Positions 53,307 through 63,352 of a stretch of 64,000 bases of DNA are shown piece by piece. Below the pieces are notes generated by a model. That model saw only the letters and a list, made by a program, of their open reading frames with translations, ran no database searches and was not told the DNA's origin. The stretch is from Nitrospirota bacterium (GTDB lineage: Bacteria; Nitrospirota; UBA9217): the NCBI GenBank assembly GCA_963749655.1, contig CAVVOB010000028.1:96001-160000 (forward strand). Direction: 5' to 3'. Every line of letters begins with the position of its first letter. Position 1 is the first letter of the stretch. The translations under genes and the position numbers were made by a program.

Positions 53307-53377
53307 TGTGTTATACTAGCGCATCTTTTCGAACATAACACACGCTCGTGACACAGCCTTTTTACCGCTGCATCCCA

Positions 53378-53905
53378 TCAGCCAAGCGGTTCCCTTCGTT
53401 CGTAGTACTTCACCGTGGCAAAAAGCGCGGGAGACATTCTCGCGATTTTTCCTTCCCTGGTCAGGAAGAGGATCTTCTGCCGGTGCGTGCCGAGAAGCTC
53501 TCTCCCGCTGTAATCCTCGCGGTAGATGTCGAAATTCATCTGGACGCTCGTTCTTTTTATGTCCGAAAAGGTTACTGCGATGCGAATACGGTCCAGCAGC
53601 TTCGCTGAACGGAGAAATTTGTGGGTTACGTCGAGGACCGCGGGGCAGACGCTTCCAAGCTCGTCGGGGTGGTGGCTGAGAATGAACTCCTCTCTCGCCC
53701 TGGTGCACCAGTCGAAATATTTCAGATAATAGACCACGCCGTAAAAGTCGATGTCCCCGAACAGCACCTTCGTTTCCCAGGTGAAGACATTGCCGGCAGC
53801 CATTGTCTCTTTCCGGCTGTTGTCGCTGTCCAGGGCGGCCGGCGAAGACGAGGGATTGCTGTTGATCCGGTTGTTTGCAAGGCTGGAAAGCGTATTATCG
53901 GACAC
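53378..53905 (-). CDS. Acyl-CoA thioesterase, YbgC/4HBT family (start possibly 53803)
   Basis: VLFGDIDFYGVVYYLKYFDWCTRARE. Confidence 0.82.
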   Translation of the reverse strand: MSDNTLSSLANNRINSNPSSSPAALDSDNSRKETMAAGNVFTWETKVLFGDIDFYGVVYYLKYFDWCTRAREEFILSHHPDELGSVCPAVLDVTHKFLRSAKLLDRIRIAVTFSDIKRTSVQMNFDIYREDYSGRELLGTHRQKILFLTREGKIARMSPALFATVKYYERREPLG

Positions 53906-54169
53906 CCGTGCTCCTCGCCGCGCGGCGTCACTTCAGGGACGCTTTCGGGCGGCCGTTCTGCGGCTGCGGTTAACGCGGCTGTTTCGAAGAGGGGCTCGCA
54001 AGTCTCCGCGGCAACTCCTCCACGACGCGATAAGAGCGGCTGCAAAATGGGACGATTCCCTCGAATGTCGCCCATGAAAATACGACAAAGGGCGACGATG
54101 GCTTGATTTTTTTATGAATGATGTACTGCGAAAGATGAGCCGGCAAAGAAGAGCACGTGATGCGGTGCA

Positions 54170-54225
54170 TTGATATCATACCTGCAATCCATGGTCAATA
54201 AAAAAAATGGGGTATTTTTGGGGTA
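54170..54225 (-). promoter_or_regulatory. Sigma70-like promoter with upstream TACCC direct-repeat box
   Basis: Minus strand: TACCCCAAAAATACCCCAT, 8 nt, TTGACC-N17-TATCAA with TG. Confidence 0.6.
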
Positions 54226-54404
54226 CTACCCTGCAATTTGACATCAGAATGCTGCACGAAATAGCATTCCCCTTGACGATTCCGTGTCTGGCAAGTTTTT
54301 TTTCGTTTTCGATGCTGCTCACTTGGTGGAATGGTTAACAGACACACAAGGAAGGAGACGCGATTAACGCTCCTCCGTCCTTGTGTTTGTTTATCGACCG
54401 CCCC

Positions 54405-54797
54405 TCACTTCATAGAATGAAGCGCCAACCTGTTCCCCTCGCAGTCCTCGTAATGGGCGATAAACCCGTACTCTCCGATCCCGGTTTTCGGCATCAGCGT
54501 CTTCCCGCCGTTCGCAGTAATTCTCCTGAGCGTCTCCGGAATATCTTCAACGCTGAAATACAGGATCGCTCCCGTACGCGACGGTTCATAGGACTCGCCC
54601 TTGACGAGTCCGCCCGCTGCTCCCGGCGCGCCCTGCGTAAAAGGAAACATCGCCATTTTCATTTCCCCCATGTCTTCCCGGGTCAGCTGCACATCAAACA
54701 CTTTTTCATGGAACGTTACGGCCCTGTCCAGGTCTTTGACCGGGATCTCGAACCAGTTGGCAATATGAGACTTCACTGCAACCGTTGCCATAGACAC
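54405..54797 (-). CDS. VOC/glyoxalase family protein
   Basis: NWFEIPVKDLDRA; DCEGNRLALH. Confidence 0.9.
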   Translation of the reverse strand: MSMATVAVKSHIANWFEIPVKDLDRAVTFHEKVFDVQLTREDMGEMKMAMFPFTQGAPGAAGGLVKGESYEPSRTGAILYFSVEDIPETLRRITANGGKTLMPKTGIGEYGFIAHYEDCEGNRLALHSMK

Positions 54798-55097
54798 CTT
54801 CTTTCACCCGTCCCTCTCCGCTCAACGAGCAGTCCGAGGTCATACCGAGGTTCTATATTTCCGGAAAGGATCTTCCGCAGCCGCACTGTATGTCGGCTTT
54901 CATGATTCAAGTATAGCACTGCGTCCGGTTTCATCTATCTGCGGTCATCTGCATTCTCTGCGGAGAACTGTTGCTTTCTCGTCTACGCAAGACAAACAGG
55001 CCTATGACCCGCATAAACCTGACAAGAAGCGCAGGAGTGCTATTTTTTATTTATGGCTACAGCGCAGGATCGACATTCATCTTTAAAGGAGAACACC

Positions 55098-55436
55098 ATG
55101 GCGATATACACAATTGCTCAGTATCAGGTCAAACCGCAGGCAATCGATAAGGTCAAACTTGCAATCGAGGAATTCGTCCGCTATGTCAAGGCACATGAGC
55201 CCGGCACCCGGATGTACACGGCATGGCAGCAGAAGGATGATCCGACGCGCTTCGTGCACCTTTTTATTTTTGCAGATGAAGCTTCCCTTGCAGCCCATGG
55301 TGCATCAGAGGCGGTAAAACGCTTCGAATCAATCTACGCTCCCGAGCTGGCCGGTGGAGACGTCGTCTTTACCGATTATAACCTGGTGGCCACCAACGAG
55401 GAGAAGCACCAGCTTGACAAAGAAAAGGCCGCCTGA
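55098..55436 (+). CDS. ABM (antibiotic biosynthesis monooxygenase-like) protein
   Basis: EPGTRMY..DPTRFVHLFIFADEASLAAH; AGGAG RBS. Confidence 0.8.
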   Translation: MAIYTIAQYQVKPQAIDKVKLAIEEFVRYVKAHEPGTRMYTAWQQKDDPTRFVHLFIFADEASLAAHGASEAVKRFESIYAPELAGGDVVFTDYNLVATNEEKHQLDKEKAA

Positions 55437-55438
55437 CC

Positions 55439-55958
55439 TCACTTGTGCTGCTCTTTCAGGGGACGCATCCGGGGCACCCATCGGGGAACGCTCTTTTTAT
55501 ACTGGAGATAGTTTTCTCCGAACCGCTTCTCCAGGCCGGGCTCTTCCGACAGCACAAAGTACAGGTGGTTGATGCCCAGGAAGAGGATGAACCAGATGCC
55601 CGTTGCCCGCGAACCCGCGTAGAGGGCTTCGCCGAGCAGCATCAAGGCAACGCCGCTGATCATGGGATTCCGCACATACCGATAGGGACCCGCGGAAACC
55701 AGTTTGCGAGTCAGGGTCCCAGGGCGCCAGCGTTCCCGCTCCCTTCCGGGCAAACAGCGCCACGCACCATGCAAACAGAAATAAGCCTGCTGCAAAGACA
55801 AGTGAACCGAGACCATGAAACAGAAGGGGAATGACATCATTCCCCTTCCCTTGATCGTCGATGGCCTCCCCTGCGGTCATCAGCCAGTACGGCACTGCAA
55901 CGACCACCATGAACGGCATGAGCAGAATCGCGACCAGATGCCGAAACACCTTCACCAT
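55439..55958 (-). CDS. Isoprenylcysteine carboxyl methyltransferase-like membrane protein (frameshifted)
   Basis: GTLAPWDP, GPYRYVRNPMISG and EEPGLEKRFGENY..VPRW. Confidence 0.85.
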
Positions 55959-56104
55959 GGTCCCCCCTCACTAACGAACTACATCTGCAACCACGGGCGG
56001 CTTAGCCGCACACGGCAATGCACAAGCAGACGAGCACTTTTCCCCCCTCAGTGAGTGCGGCCCCGTCGCACCTGTGTTCCACGCGCCCGGTCTCTTCTTC
56101 AGCC

Positions 56105-56764
56105 TCACGCAATCTCCCTGCTCCGTTTCAGCGCGAGTAAGTGAAGCAGAATGAAGAGCGGCACGAAAAACGTCGGGATGAGGTTCACCGGAAATCTCGT
56201 CATGAGCGCCGTAGAAACGCCGGTCCTCAGGATCCCGTAGGAGCTGACGGAATAGAGAATGCCGAGCGAAATCGCCGACACGAGGTCGATCAGACCGAAT
56301 ATGTTCCACGCGATATATGCCGCGCGCAGGCGGGGCGACCGCTCAGGTTTACGAAGCGCCCTGGCCAGGGGCAGACAGAACGACGCGGCAATGATGTCGC
56401 CAAGCCCCTCGGGATACCCGAACTGGGGCGGCAAAACGTTCACCATGGCGCCGATCATGAAGCCGAGGCCGACAAAGCGCCAAGTATGCGTGATGGTTAT
56501 GAACCACAGCGGGATGCCGTCAACGGCGTGCCGGAGTCGCGGATTGGACGCGTAAGCGATGATGAACCCGACTATCGGCACGACCAGAAAAAGCCCCAAT
56601 AACACGGGCGGCGTGTCGGGCTGGTTCTGGCCGAAAAGCCCCCTCAGGCCTCCGATAAAAGCCGCTACAAACCAGAAGCCGACCACACCGTACACGGCAC
56701 GCAGCATTGCATGCGATTCCTCATCATGCGCTTCGTGCATAAATCGATGGAAAGAATATTTCAT
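56105..56764 (-). CDS. Hypothetical membrane protein
   Basis: HTWRFVG, GLGDII, WNIFGLIDL and LIPTFFVPL; about six TM helices. Confidence 0.72.
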   Translation of the reverse strand: MKYSFHRFMHEAHDEESHAMLRAVYGVVGFWFVAAFIGGLRGLFGQNQPDTPPVLLGLFLVVPIVGFIIAYASNPRLRHAVDGIPLWFITITHTWRFVGLGFMIGAMVNVLPPQFGYPEGLGDIIAASFCLPLARALRKPERSPRLRAAYIAWNIFGLIDLVSAISLGILYSVSSYGILRTGVSTALMTRFPVNLIPTFFVPLFILLHLLALKRSREIA

Positions 56765-56951
56765 ACGACTCACCCCCTTCCATGACTGACAGAAGACCTT
56801 ATTCTCGCCTTTCTCTATGTAATCTGCGTAATCCGTGGAAACAAGGCTAGACCCTTCTCTCCGCTGCTGTCCCTCGACAAATGCGTTTCGAGGGCAAGCT
56901 GTGAGCGCGCAGAAAAGGCTGATAAACACAACCGTTCTTTTCCGGATCTTC

Positions 56952-57923
56952 TTACGCTGCTTTTCTTTCCTTGTTGAACGCCTCAAGCAGCCCGGCAAGG
57001 CGGTCCATGCTCTCGTAGATCCCTTCCTCCATGCCCTCCCTGATCATGCCGTCGCGGTCCTCGACGGACTGAAACACCGTTTTCTCCGTCACCTTCGTCC
57101 CGCCGTCCGCTTCCTCGAACGTCACCGTATCCAGCGACGCATGGCCCGGCATGCCTTCGAATTCAAAGGTGCCGACGATCCTCTCGGGCGGACGGACCTC
57201 ATGGTAAACGCCGTGGAAGGCATACATGTTGCCCCCGGCGTCGCGGTGGACGAACCGCCATTTCCCGCCCGATTGAGCGTCCAGCTTGTCGATTATGGTC
57301 GTGAACCGCTTCGGTCCCCACCAGTTCGGGATCAGATAAGGATCGGTGTACGCCTTGAACACGAGATTTCGCGGCGCATCAAAAACACGGACGATCGTGA
57401 CCTCCTGTTTTCCTCGTTCCGCGATGATCCGGCTGCCGCCCTTCACGATGCTTTCCGCCAGCTTGTCGAACGACTCGCTCCAGCCCGTTTCGGTCATTTC
57501 GCGCATCAGGCCGGCGGGAATACCCTCGTGCCGCAGGACCATCTTCGTCTTGTTGCCCTCGTCTTCGAGCGTCACGGTCACGAGCAGCTCCAGCGGCCAG
57601 TCGCCCGCCATGCCGTAATGCGAGGCCGGGACGACATTGCCCTTCTCATCGGCAAAACTGTCGGTCACTACGAGCCGCTCATGAGGAACGATTTCCCGGT
57701 ACGTGCCGGTGGACCAGTAGTCCTTGCCGTCGGGACCGCGCATGCAGTTGAGATATTTACCTCCCACGCGAAGGTCGATCTTGCTGACCGGGGCTGTAAA
57801 GTATTTCGGGCCCCACCATGTTTTCGTCAGTTCGGGATCGGTCCAGGCTTTCCATACTCTCTCGCGCGGCGCATCGAATATGCGCGTGATTGTGAGTTCA
57901 TCTTTATTCTTTTCGATTGCCAT
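56952..57923 (-). CDS. Tandem SRPBCC/AHSA1-like domain protein
   Basis: Two copies of RxFDAPR..V.KA.TDP..WWGP. Confidence 0.9.
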   Translation of the reverse strand: MAIEKNKDELTITRIFDAPRERVWKAWTDPELTKTWWGPKYFTAPVSKIDLRVGGKYLNCMRGPDGKDYWSTGTYREIVPHERLVVTDSFADEKGNVVPASHYGMAGDWPLELLVTVTLEDEGNKTKMVLRHEGIPAGLMREMTETGWSESFDKLAESIVKGGSRIIAERGKQEVTIVRVFDAPRNLVFKAYTDPYLIPNWWGPKRFTTIIDKLDAQSGGKWRFVHRDAGGNMYAFHGVYHEVRPPERIVGTFEFEGMPGHASLDTVTFEEADGGTKVTEKTVFQSVEDRDGMIREGMEEGIYESMDRLAGLLEAFNKERKAA

Positions 57924-58031
57924 AGTGCGCCTCCTTCTCTTACGGTGCTTCAAACGAGCGTCTCGCTGCGGGTGCAGGAGGACGAGACGTTCCCTGACCT
58001 GAACGTCCTTGTCAGGACCAAACGAAACCGG

Positions 58032-58749
58032 TTATCGCTTCACTTCCACGAGCAGAAACTCGACATCCTCTTCTGCCCGGACTTCGATCATCTTCTCTTC
58101 CGTGATCATGGCCGACTCCCAGCGCCGGGACATGCGAGCCGTTCACGGTTATCGGCCCTCCCTCCAGCACATACAGATAGATGCCCCGTCCCGGCATCAA
58201 GGTCATAGCGCTCCGTCTTGCCCGCGTGCAGGAAGCTGGAGAACACCCGGGCATCGGCTGCAAGCGGCAGAGCTGCCCGGATCGCCGCTCGATACCAGCT
58301 CAAGGAAGCGGTCGGTCCTCTCCGCTCTTTTCGACGGGTTTCTGCTCCACCGACGGGTCGAGGCCGTGACGCGACGGATAGAACCACATCTGGATGAAGC
58401 GCATGGGCCGGTCCGGGAGGTTGTTGATCTCCGAGTGCCACATGCCGCGGCCTACCGTCGTATGCTGCACCCATCCTTTTTTCAGGACACCGCCCTTGCC
58501 GCGCTCGTCGGCGTGACGGAATTCTCCGTCTGCGACATAGGTGACCACTTCGTTGTCCCGGTGGGGATGAAGCGGCCAGATCGCGCCGGGCGAAAGCGTA
58601 TCGTCATTGAACACGCGCAGCGTGCCGAAATCCTCGAACTGCGGATCGTAATAGTCGCCGAAGGAGAAATGCCACCGGCCGTGGAAACTGCCGTTTTTGA
58701 GCTCGCCGTCGATCTGGTATATGGTTTCGGGAGCCCGAACTCGTATCAT
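58032..58749 (-). CDS. Pirin family protein (frameshifts near 58310 and 58150)
   Basis: HFSFGDYYDP, LRVFNDD, HPHRDNEVVTYV, HSEIN and FIQMW. Confidence 0.88.
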
Positions 58750-58850
58750 GGAACCGCCTCCACCTTACAGGATGGATTATATCTTCTTTATTTAAGTATA
58801 CATCCCGGAGACGATTTGGGGCGGCGGCGCTTTTCTTTTAGATTTTTCTT

Positions 58851-58889
58851 TTCCTTCTAATCTTCCTTTAATCTGCCCTGTGCTAGAGT
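58851..58889 (+). promoter_or_regulatory. Putative OmpR-family binding direct repeat and extended -10
   Basis: TAATC repeated with 11-bp period (58858 and 58869), then TGcTAGAGT. Confidence 0.5.
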
Positions 58890-58955
58890 GATTTCAACAG
58901 CAAGGATTCGATCGACGAATTCCATTTCCCCAGGATCATTACGAAGGAGGATATC

Positions 58956-59348
58956 ATGAAACTCAACGCAGAGAGGCTTATCAGTGAATCGAGATTCGCG
59001 AAAGTGCTGCAGCGGGCCGAAGTTTTTGCAGTAACCGCGGCGCTCAGCCTGTTTTTCGCGGCTGGAATGGCGGAAGCAGAGGATCATGGAGTCCGCCATG
59101 CAGGAGACGATCGACAGAGCGGCAGTGAGAGCAAGATCTACGGCATCGTCGAGAAGACGCCCCGGGGCGAGATCGGCACCTGGATCGTAAGCGGACGTGA
59201 GATCGTTGTGACCAAAGACACACGGATCAAGGAAAAGCACGGCAAGGCCGAGGCAGGAGCGTACGTTGAAGTGGAGGGAATTGCCGACGGCAAAACCTTC
59301 ACCGCCTACGAAGTCAAGGTAAAGAGGGCGACAGAAAGCAGGCGATGA
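58956..59348 (+). CDS. DUF5666-like secreted OB-fold protein
   Basis: Signal peptide; YGIVE..WIVSGREIVVTKDTRI..GAYVEVEG. Confidence 0.75.
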   Translation: MKLNAERLISESRFAKVLQRAEVFAVTAALSLFFAAGMAEAEDHGVRHAGDDRQSGSESKIYGIVEKTPRGEIGTWIVSGREIVVTKDTRIKEKHGKAEAGAYVEVEGIADGKTFTAYEVKVKRATESRR

Positions 59349-59400
59349 AAAGAATGGCAAATAAGAGATTCAAAATCGTAAAGCAGAAGACTACTTTTTG

Positions 59401-59471
59401 ACAGGATAACAGGATGAACAGGATATTTAAATCATTTTGGTCTTTATCAGATCTAATCCTGTTATCCTGTC
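59401..59471. repeat. Inverted 8-9-mer repeats
   Basis: ACAGGAT x3 facing ATCCTGT x2. Confidence 0.65.
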
Positions 59472-59518
59472 GAAAAAGAATATTTGCTGGATTTCCATAA
59501 TTTTGGAGGACAAACATC

Positions 59519-60148
59519 ATGACGAACAGCATCGACGATAAGAGCAGCTCCCTCGGCCCCTTTGCGATCCTGGTCCACCTGGGCCTTCTCCTCTTCGGCC
59601 TCTCAGCAGCCTTGACCGGCCTTCTGGCAGAGGATTACAAGAAAATCGAGCACCTGGGATTCACGATCCACAGCTGGCTCGGCATGGGCCTTGCGGGCCT
59701 TGTCGGGCTGCGGATGGCAACCGGGATCATCGGCCCCCGAAGCGTCCGCTTTGCGCGATGGATGCCCTTCACAGTGTCGCGCATGAGGCTCGTTTTCGAG
59801 GATGTTGCCGGTCTTTTGAAATTCCGCATGCCGGAGCGGCCCACGCACCAGGGCCTGGCCGGACTGGTCCAGACTTTCGGTCTTGCCGTGTTCCTTCTCA
59901 TGGCCGCGACCGGCGCATATCTCTATTTTTTCCTCGAACCCGGGCACAAGGCCCACGGCTTTGTCCACGACGTGAAGGAGCTGCACGAGGCCGGCGTTGT
60001 TCTCATCCCGGCCTTTCTGTCCCTTCATGGAGGCGCAGTCCTGATGCATGCCCTGCGCGGCAACCATATCTGGAAGAAAATATTTTTCATCTCTGATACA
60101 ATAAAGAAGCGCAGAAGCCGTGCGGAAACCCTGCTGGAAGAACGATGA
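59519..60148 (+). CDS. Cytochrome b/b6-like membrane protein
   Basis: Four TM helices with heme-ligand His (VHL, IHSWLG, LHE, LHG). Confidence 0.85.
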   Translation: MTNSIDDKSSSLGPFAILVHLGLLLFGLSAALTGLLAEDYKKIEHLGFTIHSWLGMGLAGLVGLRMATGIIGPRSVRFARWMPFTVSRMRLVFEDVAGLLKFRMPERPTHQGLAGLVQTFGLAVFLLMAATGAYLYFFLEPGHKAHGFVHDVKELHEAGVVLIPAFLSLHGGAVLMHALRGNHIWKKIFFISDTIKKRRSRAETLLEER

Positions 60149-60816
60149 AGATCCTTATTGTCGAAGACGAACAGAAGCTTGCCCGGATCCTGAAAAAAGG
60201 CCTCGAGGAAAACGACTTTACCGTGGACCTCTCCTTTGACGGCGACGAGGGAATGCACATGGCCGAGACTTATTCCTACGATGCCGTGCTCCTAGACCTC
60301 ATGCTTCCCGGAAGGGACGGCCTCTCGATCCTCAAGGCGCTTCGCGCGAAAAAGATAGACCTGCCGGTCCTTGTTCTCACCGCCCGCGGGGACGTCGAGG
60401 ACCGGATCAAAGGACTCGACATCGGAGCCGACGACTACATCGCCAAGCCCTTCGATTTCGCCGAGCTCATGGCACGCCTGCGCGCGGCAATAAGGAGGAG
60501 CAAGGGGAAGCCCTCGCCGATCATCAAGATCGCAAATCTGTCCATTGATTCGAACGCAAAAACGGTCTCCCGCTCGGGCAAGGCGATCGCGCTCTCGGCC
60601 CGGGAATACGCGCTGCTCGAATACCTCGCCCTCAACGCCGGCCGCGTCGTGAGCAGGACCGAGGTGATAGAGCACGTCTATTCCTCGGAGTACGAGTGGG
60701 ACAGCAACGTCATCGATGTGTACATCAACTACCTGAGGAACAAGGTCGACAAGGGCTTCGACAAGCCGCTCATTCACACGGTGCGCGGCGCGGGCTATGT
60801 CCTGAAAGGCGAATGA
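60145..60816 (+). CDS. OmpR-family response regulator
   Basis: LLDLMLP, GADDYIAKPF, SNVIDVYINYLRNK and TVRGAGY. Confidence 0.95.
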   Translation: MKILIVEDEQKLARILKKGLEENDFTVDLSFDGDEGMHMAETYSYDAVLLDLMLPGRDGLSILKALRAKKIDLPVLVLTARGDVEDRIKGLDIGADDYIAKPFDFAELMARLRAAIRRSKGKPSPIIKIANLSIDSNAKTVSRSGKAIALSAREYALLEYLALNAGRVVSRTEVIEHVYSSEYEWDSNVIDVYINYLRNKVDKGFDKPLIHTVRGAGYVLKGE

Positions 60817-62252
60817 TGACGATCGTACCCCGGTCCATAACAGGCAGGCTTTTTCTCTGGCTGTTTCTCGGCGGTGCCGTTGTGCTGATGTCCGCGGGTC
60901 TGTTTCTCGACAGCGAGGTCCGAAAGATCGTCATCGAATCCGTCGACCGCACGCTCCATTCCAAACGCCAGATGATCACCGGGCTCCTGCACGAGGAGCA
61001 CGGCGGGATCGAGCTCGAGCTCTCGGACATCATCGCCGGAGAATACATCATCCCCCGCTCAGGCCATTACTACCGCGTCATGATGGACGACCGTGTTCTC
61101 GCGGCCTCCCCCTCCCTTGTCAGGGACGACTTCCTTTTTCTTCCGGCAGGCGCCGCACCAGGGGGCACGGCGCCCCGAGAAGGCCTGTACACATCGATCG
61201 GGCCTGACGACGAACCGGTGCGCGTTCTCCGGTATCAATACGCAGCCTTCAGCAGGCAGTTTGACGTGGTCCTTGCGGAAAGCCTCGTTGACAGCCTCTC
61301 GATGATATCCACCTTCAGGAACTTCCTTGCCGTTTCCATACCCCTCTCCCTGCTGGTCCTTTGTTTCGCTGCCTGGTGGATCGCCAAAGCTTCCCTCCGG
61401 CCGCTCGCGTCCTTCTCCGCAGCCATTGAGGCGATCACCCACCGGGACCTCGAAAAGCGCATCGACGGGGTCGCGACCGTCCGGGAGCTGGCAAAACTCG
61501 CCCAATCCTTCAACGCCATGCTCGACCGCCTGAACTCGGTGTTCATGGGCCAGAAACGGCTCGTCGCCGATGCGTCCCATGAGCTCAAAACGCCCCTTTC
61601 GATCATCAGGGCTCAATGCGATGTGGCGCTTCAGCGGGCACGGACCGCGGAAGAGTACGTCGAGTCGCTCAAATCGATCCAGTCGACATCGCAGTCCATG
61701 GAAAAGCTCATCAGCGATCTGCTTTCCCTGGCGCGGCTTGATGCGGGACTGGTCTCTTCAGAAGGCGCTGCCGCTGTTCCCCTCGGGGAATGCGTCAAGA
61801 GCGCCCTTCAGATGACGGAAACGCTCGCAGCGGAGAGGCGCGTGACCGTGATTGCGGAGATCGATGAAACGCTTGTTGTATCCGGTTCCCGAACCGCTTT
61901 GTCGGAGGCCTGTTTGAACATTATCGAAAACGCCGTACGATATAACGCCGAAGGAGGTTCGGTCTCCGTGTCCGCGAAAGCCGACAGCGGGAGGGCGATC
62001 CTCACCGTTGCCGACACGGGGATCGGACTAAAAAGGGACGAACTGGACAGGATCTTCGAACGTTTTTACCGCGCTGACGCAGTACGGGGCACTGACGGGA
62101 CCGGCCTGGGACTCAGCATCGTGAAAGCCGTTGTCGAATCCCACGGCGGGACGATAACGGTAGAAAGCGAGCCCGGCAGGGGAAGCAGGTTCATCATCGT
62201 CCTTCCGATCGGCAGGAAAACGGGAACACCAGCACCCGACGGCAAGCCATGA
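60813..62252 (+). CDS. HAMP sensor histidine kinase
   Basis: Two TM helices, HAMP, DASHELKTPL, NAVRY and GTGLGLSIV. Confidence 0.94.
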   Translation: MMTIVPRSITGRLFLWLFLGGAVVLMSAGLFLDSEVRKIVIESVDRTLHSKRQMITGLLHEEHGGIELELSDIIAGEYIIPRSGHYYRVMMDDRVLAASPSLVRDDFLFLPAGAAPGGTAPREGLYTSIGPDDEPVRVLRYQYAAFSRQFDVVLAESLVDSLSMISTFRNFLAVSIPLSLLVLCFAAWWIAKASLRPLASFSAAIEAITHRDLEKRIDGVATVRELAKLAQSFNAMLDRLNSVFMGQKRLVADASHELKTPLSIIRAQCDVALQRARTAEEYVESLKSIQSTSQSMEKLISDLLSLARLDAGLVSSEGAAAVPLGECVKSALQMTETLAAERRVTVIAEIDETLVVSGSRTALSEACLNIIENAVRYNAEGGSVSVSAKADSGRAILTVADTGIGLKRDELDRIFERFYRADAVRGTDGTGLGLSIVKAVVESHGGTITVESEPGRGSRFIIVLPIGRKTGTPAPDGKP

Positions 62253-63352
62253 CAGGCGAGAGCTCATACCGGCTGGGGGATTTCCGGATCATCGTGTACG
62301 ATGACGTCCTACTTCGATGGGAGCGCCACGCGGCGCTCGGCATGGCGCAATCCGGGCGGTGCTATCTGCTGGGAGACGTGCTTGTCATCGGGGAAAAGAA
62401 CCGCGACGAAGACGGCTTCCTGATCGGCGAATTCCATGACATGCTGCAAAAGTTGCCGGCCTGGACCATGACGCGCTACTATTGCCATGCCAGCGGTTTG
62501 CTCGACACCGGGACCGGACAGAGCATCAACGGGAAAGCACTGGCTCGTTTTTCATTCCCTGCGAACGGGAGCGCGGCCCGGTCGAAGAAGGAGCTGCTCG
62601 CGGGTCCCGGCGAGTACCGGCTCGGCCATTATCAGATCACGGCCGTTCCCGGGGGCGGGATTTCATGGAAAGCCTATGGAGACGGGCACAGGATCGTGAG
62701 CGGGTCCTGCAGCATCGAGTCGGGCATCCTGGTCGTCGGACCGCGTGAGCGCGACGACCCCGGCACGGAACAGCGGAATTTTTCCGACAGCCTGGCACAT
62801 CTGCGGCCGTGGAACGAAACCGCGATCTGGTGCCACGCTTCCGTTCTTCAGCAGTGCCGGGATATGCTTCAGAAGGATACTGATACAAACGAAGTAAATA
62901 TTGTTACATCCGGGAAAATCCCCCTCGCCCAACCCTCTCCCCGCTGGGGAGAGGACAAAGGTGAGGGGCAAGGCAGTAACAAACCTAAATGCGTTTGTAT
63001 TAACAATGTCGGAATGAACAGGCTTTGTGCGGGATTGCTGAACCACCCTGTCGGGAGCAGACCGGCGCTGCGGATGAAAGCGCCCGAAGAGACCGCACCT
63101 CCTCTCCACAGGAAAACGGCAGACATTGACCGCTTCAAACGAAGGTCATTGCTGCTGTTGATGTCGGGATGGACTGCGCTCGTAAACGCCTGGCAGCGCG
63201 CGCAAAAAGGGATGGTGTGGTTGAAATGGCCTGTTGTGCTCCTCGTCGTACTGGTGCTGCTCGGCTTGACCGCGGCACTCATCATCGCCGGGAAGGGCTC
63301 CCACTGGATGCATGACCCCGGGAAGCACCACCACGACCACCACGACGACTGA
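62249..63352 (+). CDS. Hypothetical protein with internal duplication, C-terminal TM helix and His-rich tail
   Basis: Two copies of YRLG..I..W..SG.C....LV.G..F.D.L..L..W..T..CHAS; ends HHHDHHDD. Confidence 0.7.
   Translation: MTGESSYRLGDFRIIVYDDVLLRWERHAALGMAQSGRCYLLGDVLVIGEKNRDEDGFLIGEFHDMLQKLPAWTMTRYYCHASGLLDTGTGQSINGKALARFSFPANGSAARSKKELLAGPGEYRLGHYQITAVPGGGISWKAYGDGHRIVSGSCSIESGILVVGPRERDDPGTEQRNFSDSLAHLRPWNETAIWCHASVLQQCRDMLQKDTDTNEVNIVTSGKIPLAQPSPRWGEDKGEGQGSNKPKCVCINNVGMNRLCAGLLNHPVGSRPALRMKAPEETAPPLHRKTADIDRFKRRSLLLLMSGWTALVNAWQRAQKGMVWLKWPVVLLVVLVLLGLTAALIIAGKGSHWMHDPGKHHHDHHDD

Noticed and set aside
53950-54040. SAM-I riboswitch upstream of the thioesterase (CTTATC..TGGAGG)
   Set aside because: The GCAACC and GTGC cores and the closing GAT strand are missing.
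1400-58320. Many frameshifts (cyclase, GGDEF-EAL, nitroreductase, DUF2846, AKR, adhesin, ICMT, pirin) as programmed frameshifting or mass pseudogenisation
   Set aside because: They are scattered 1-nt shifts in unrelated genes with otherwise intact motifs and no shared slippery site. Long-read indel error is the simplest explanation; read polishing would confirm it.
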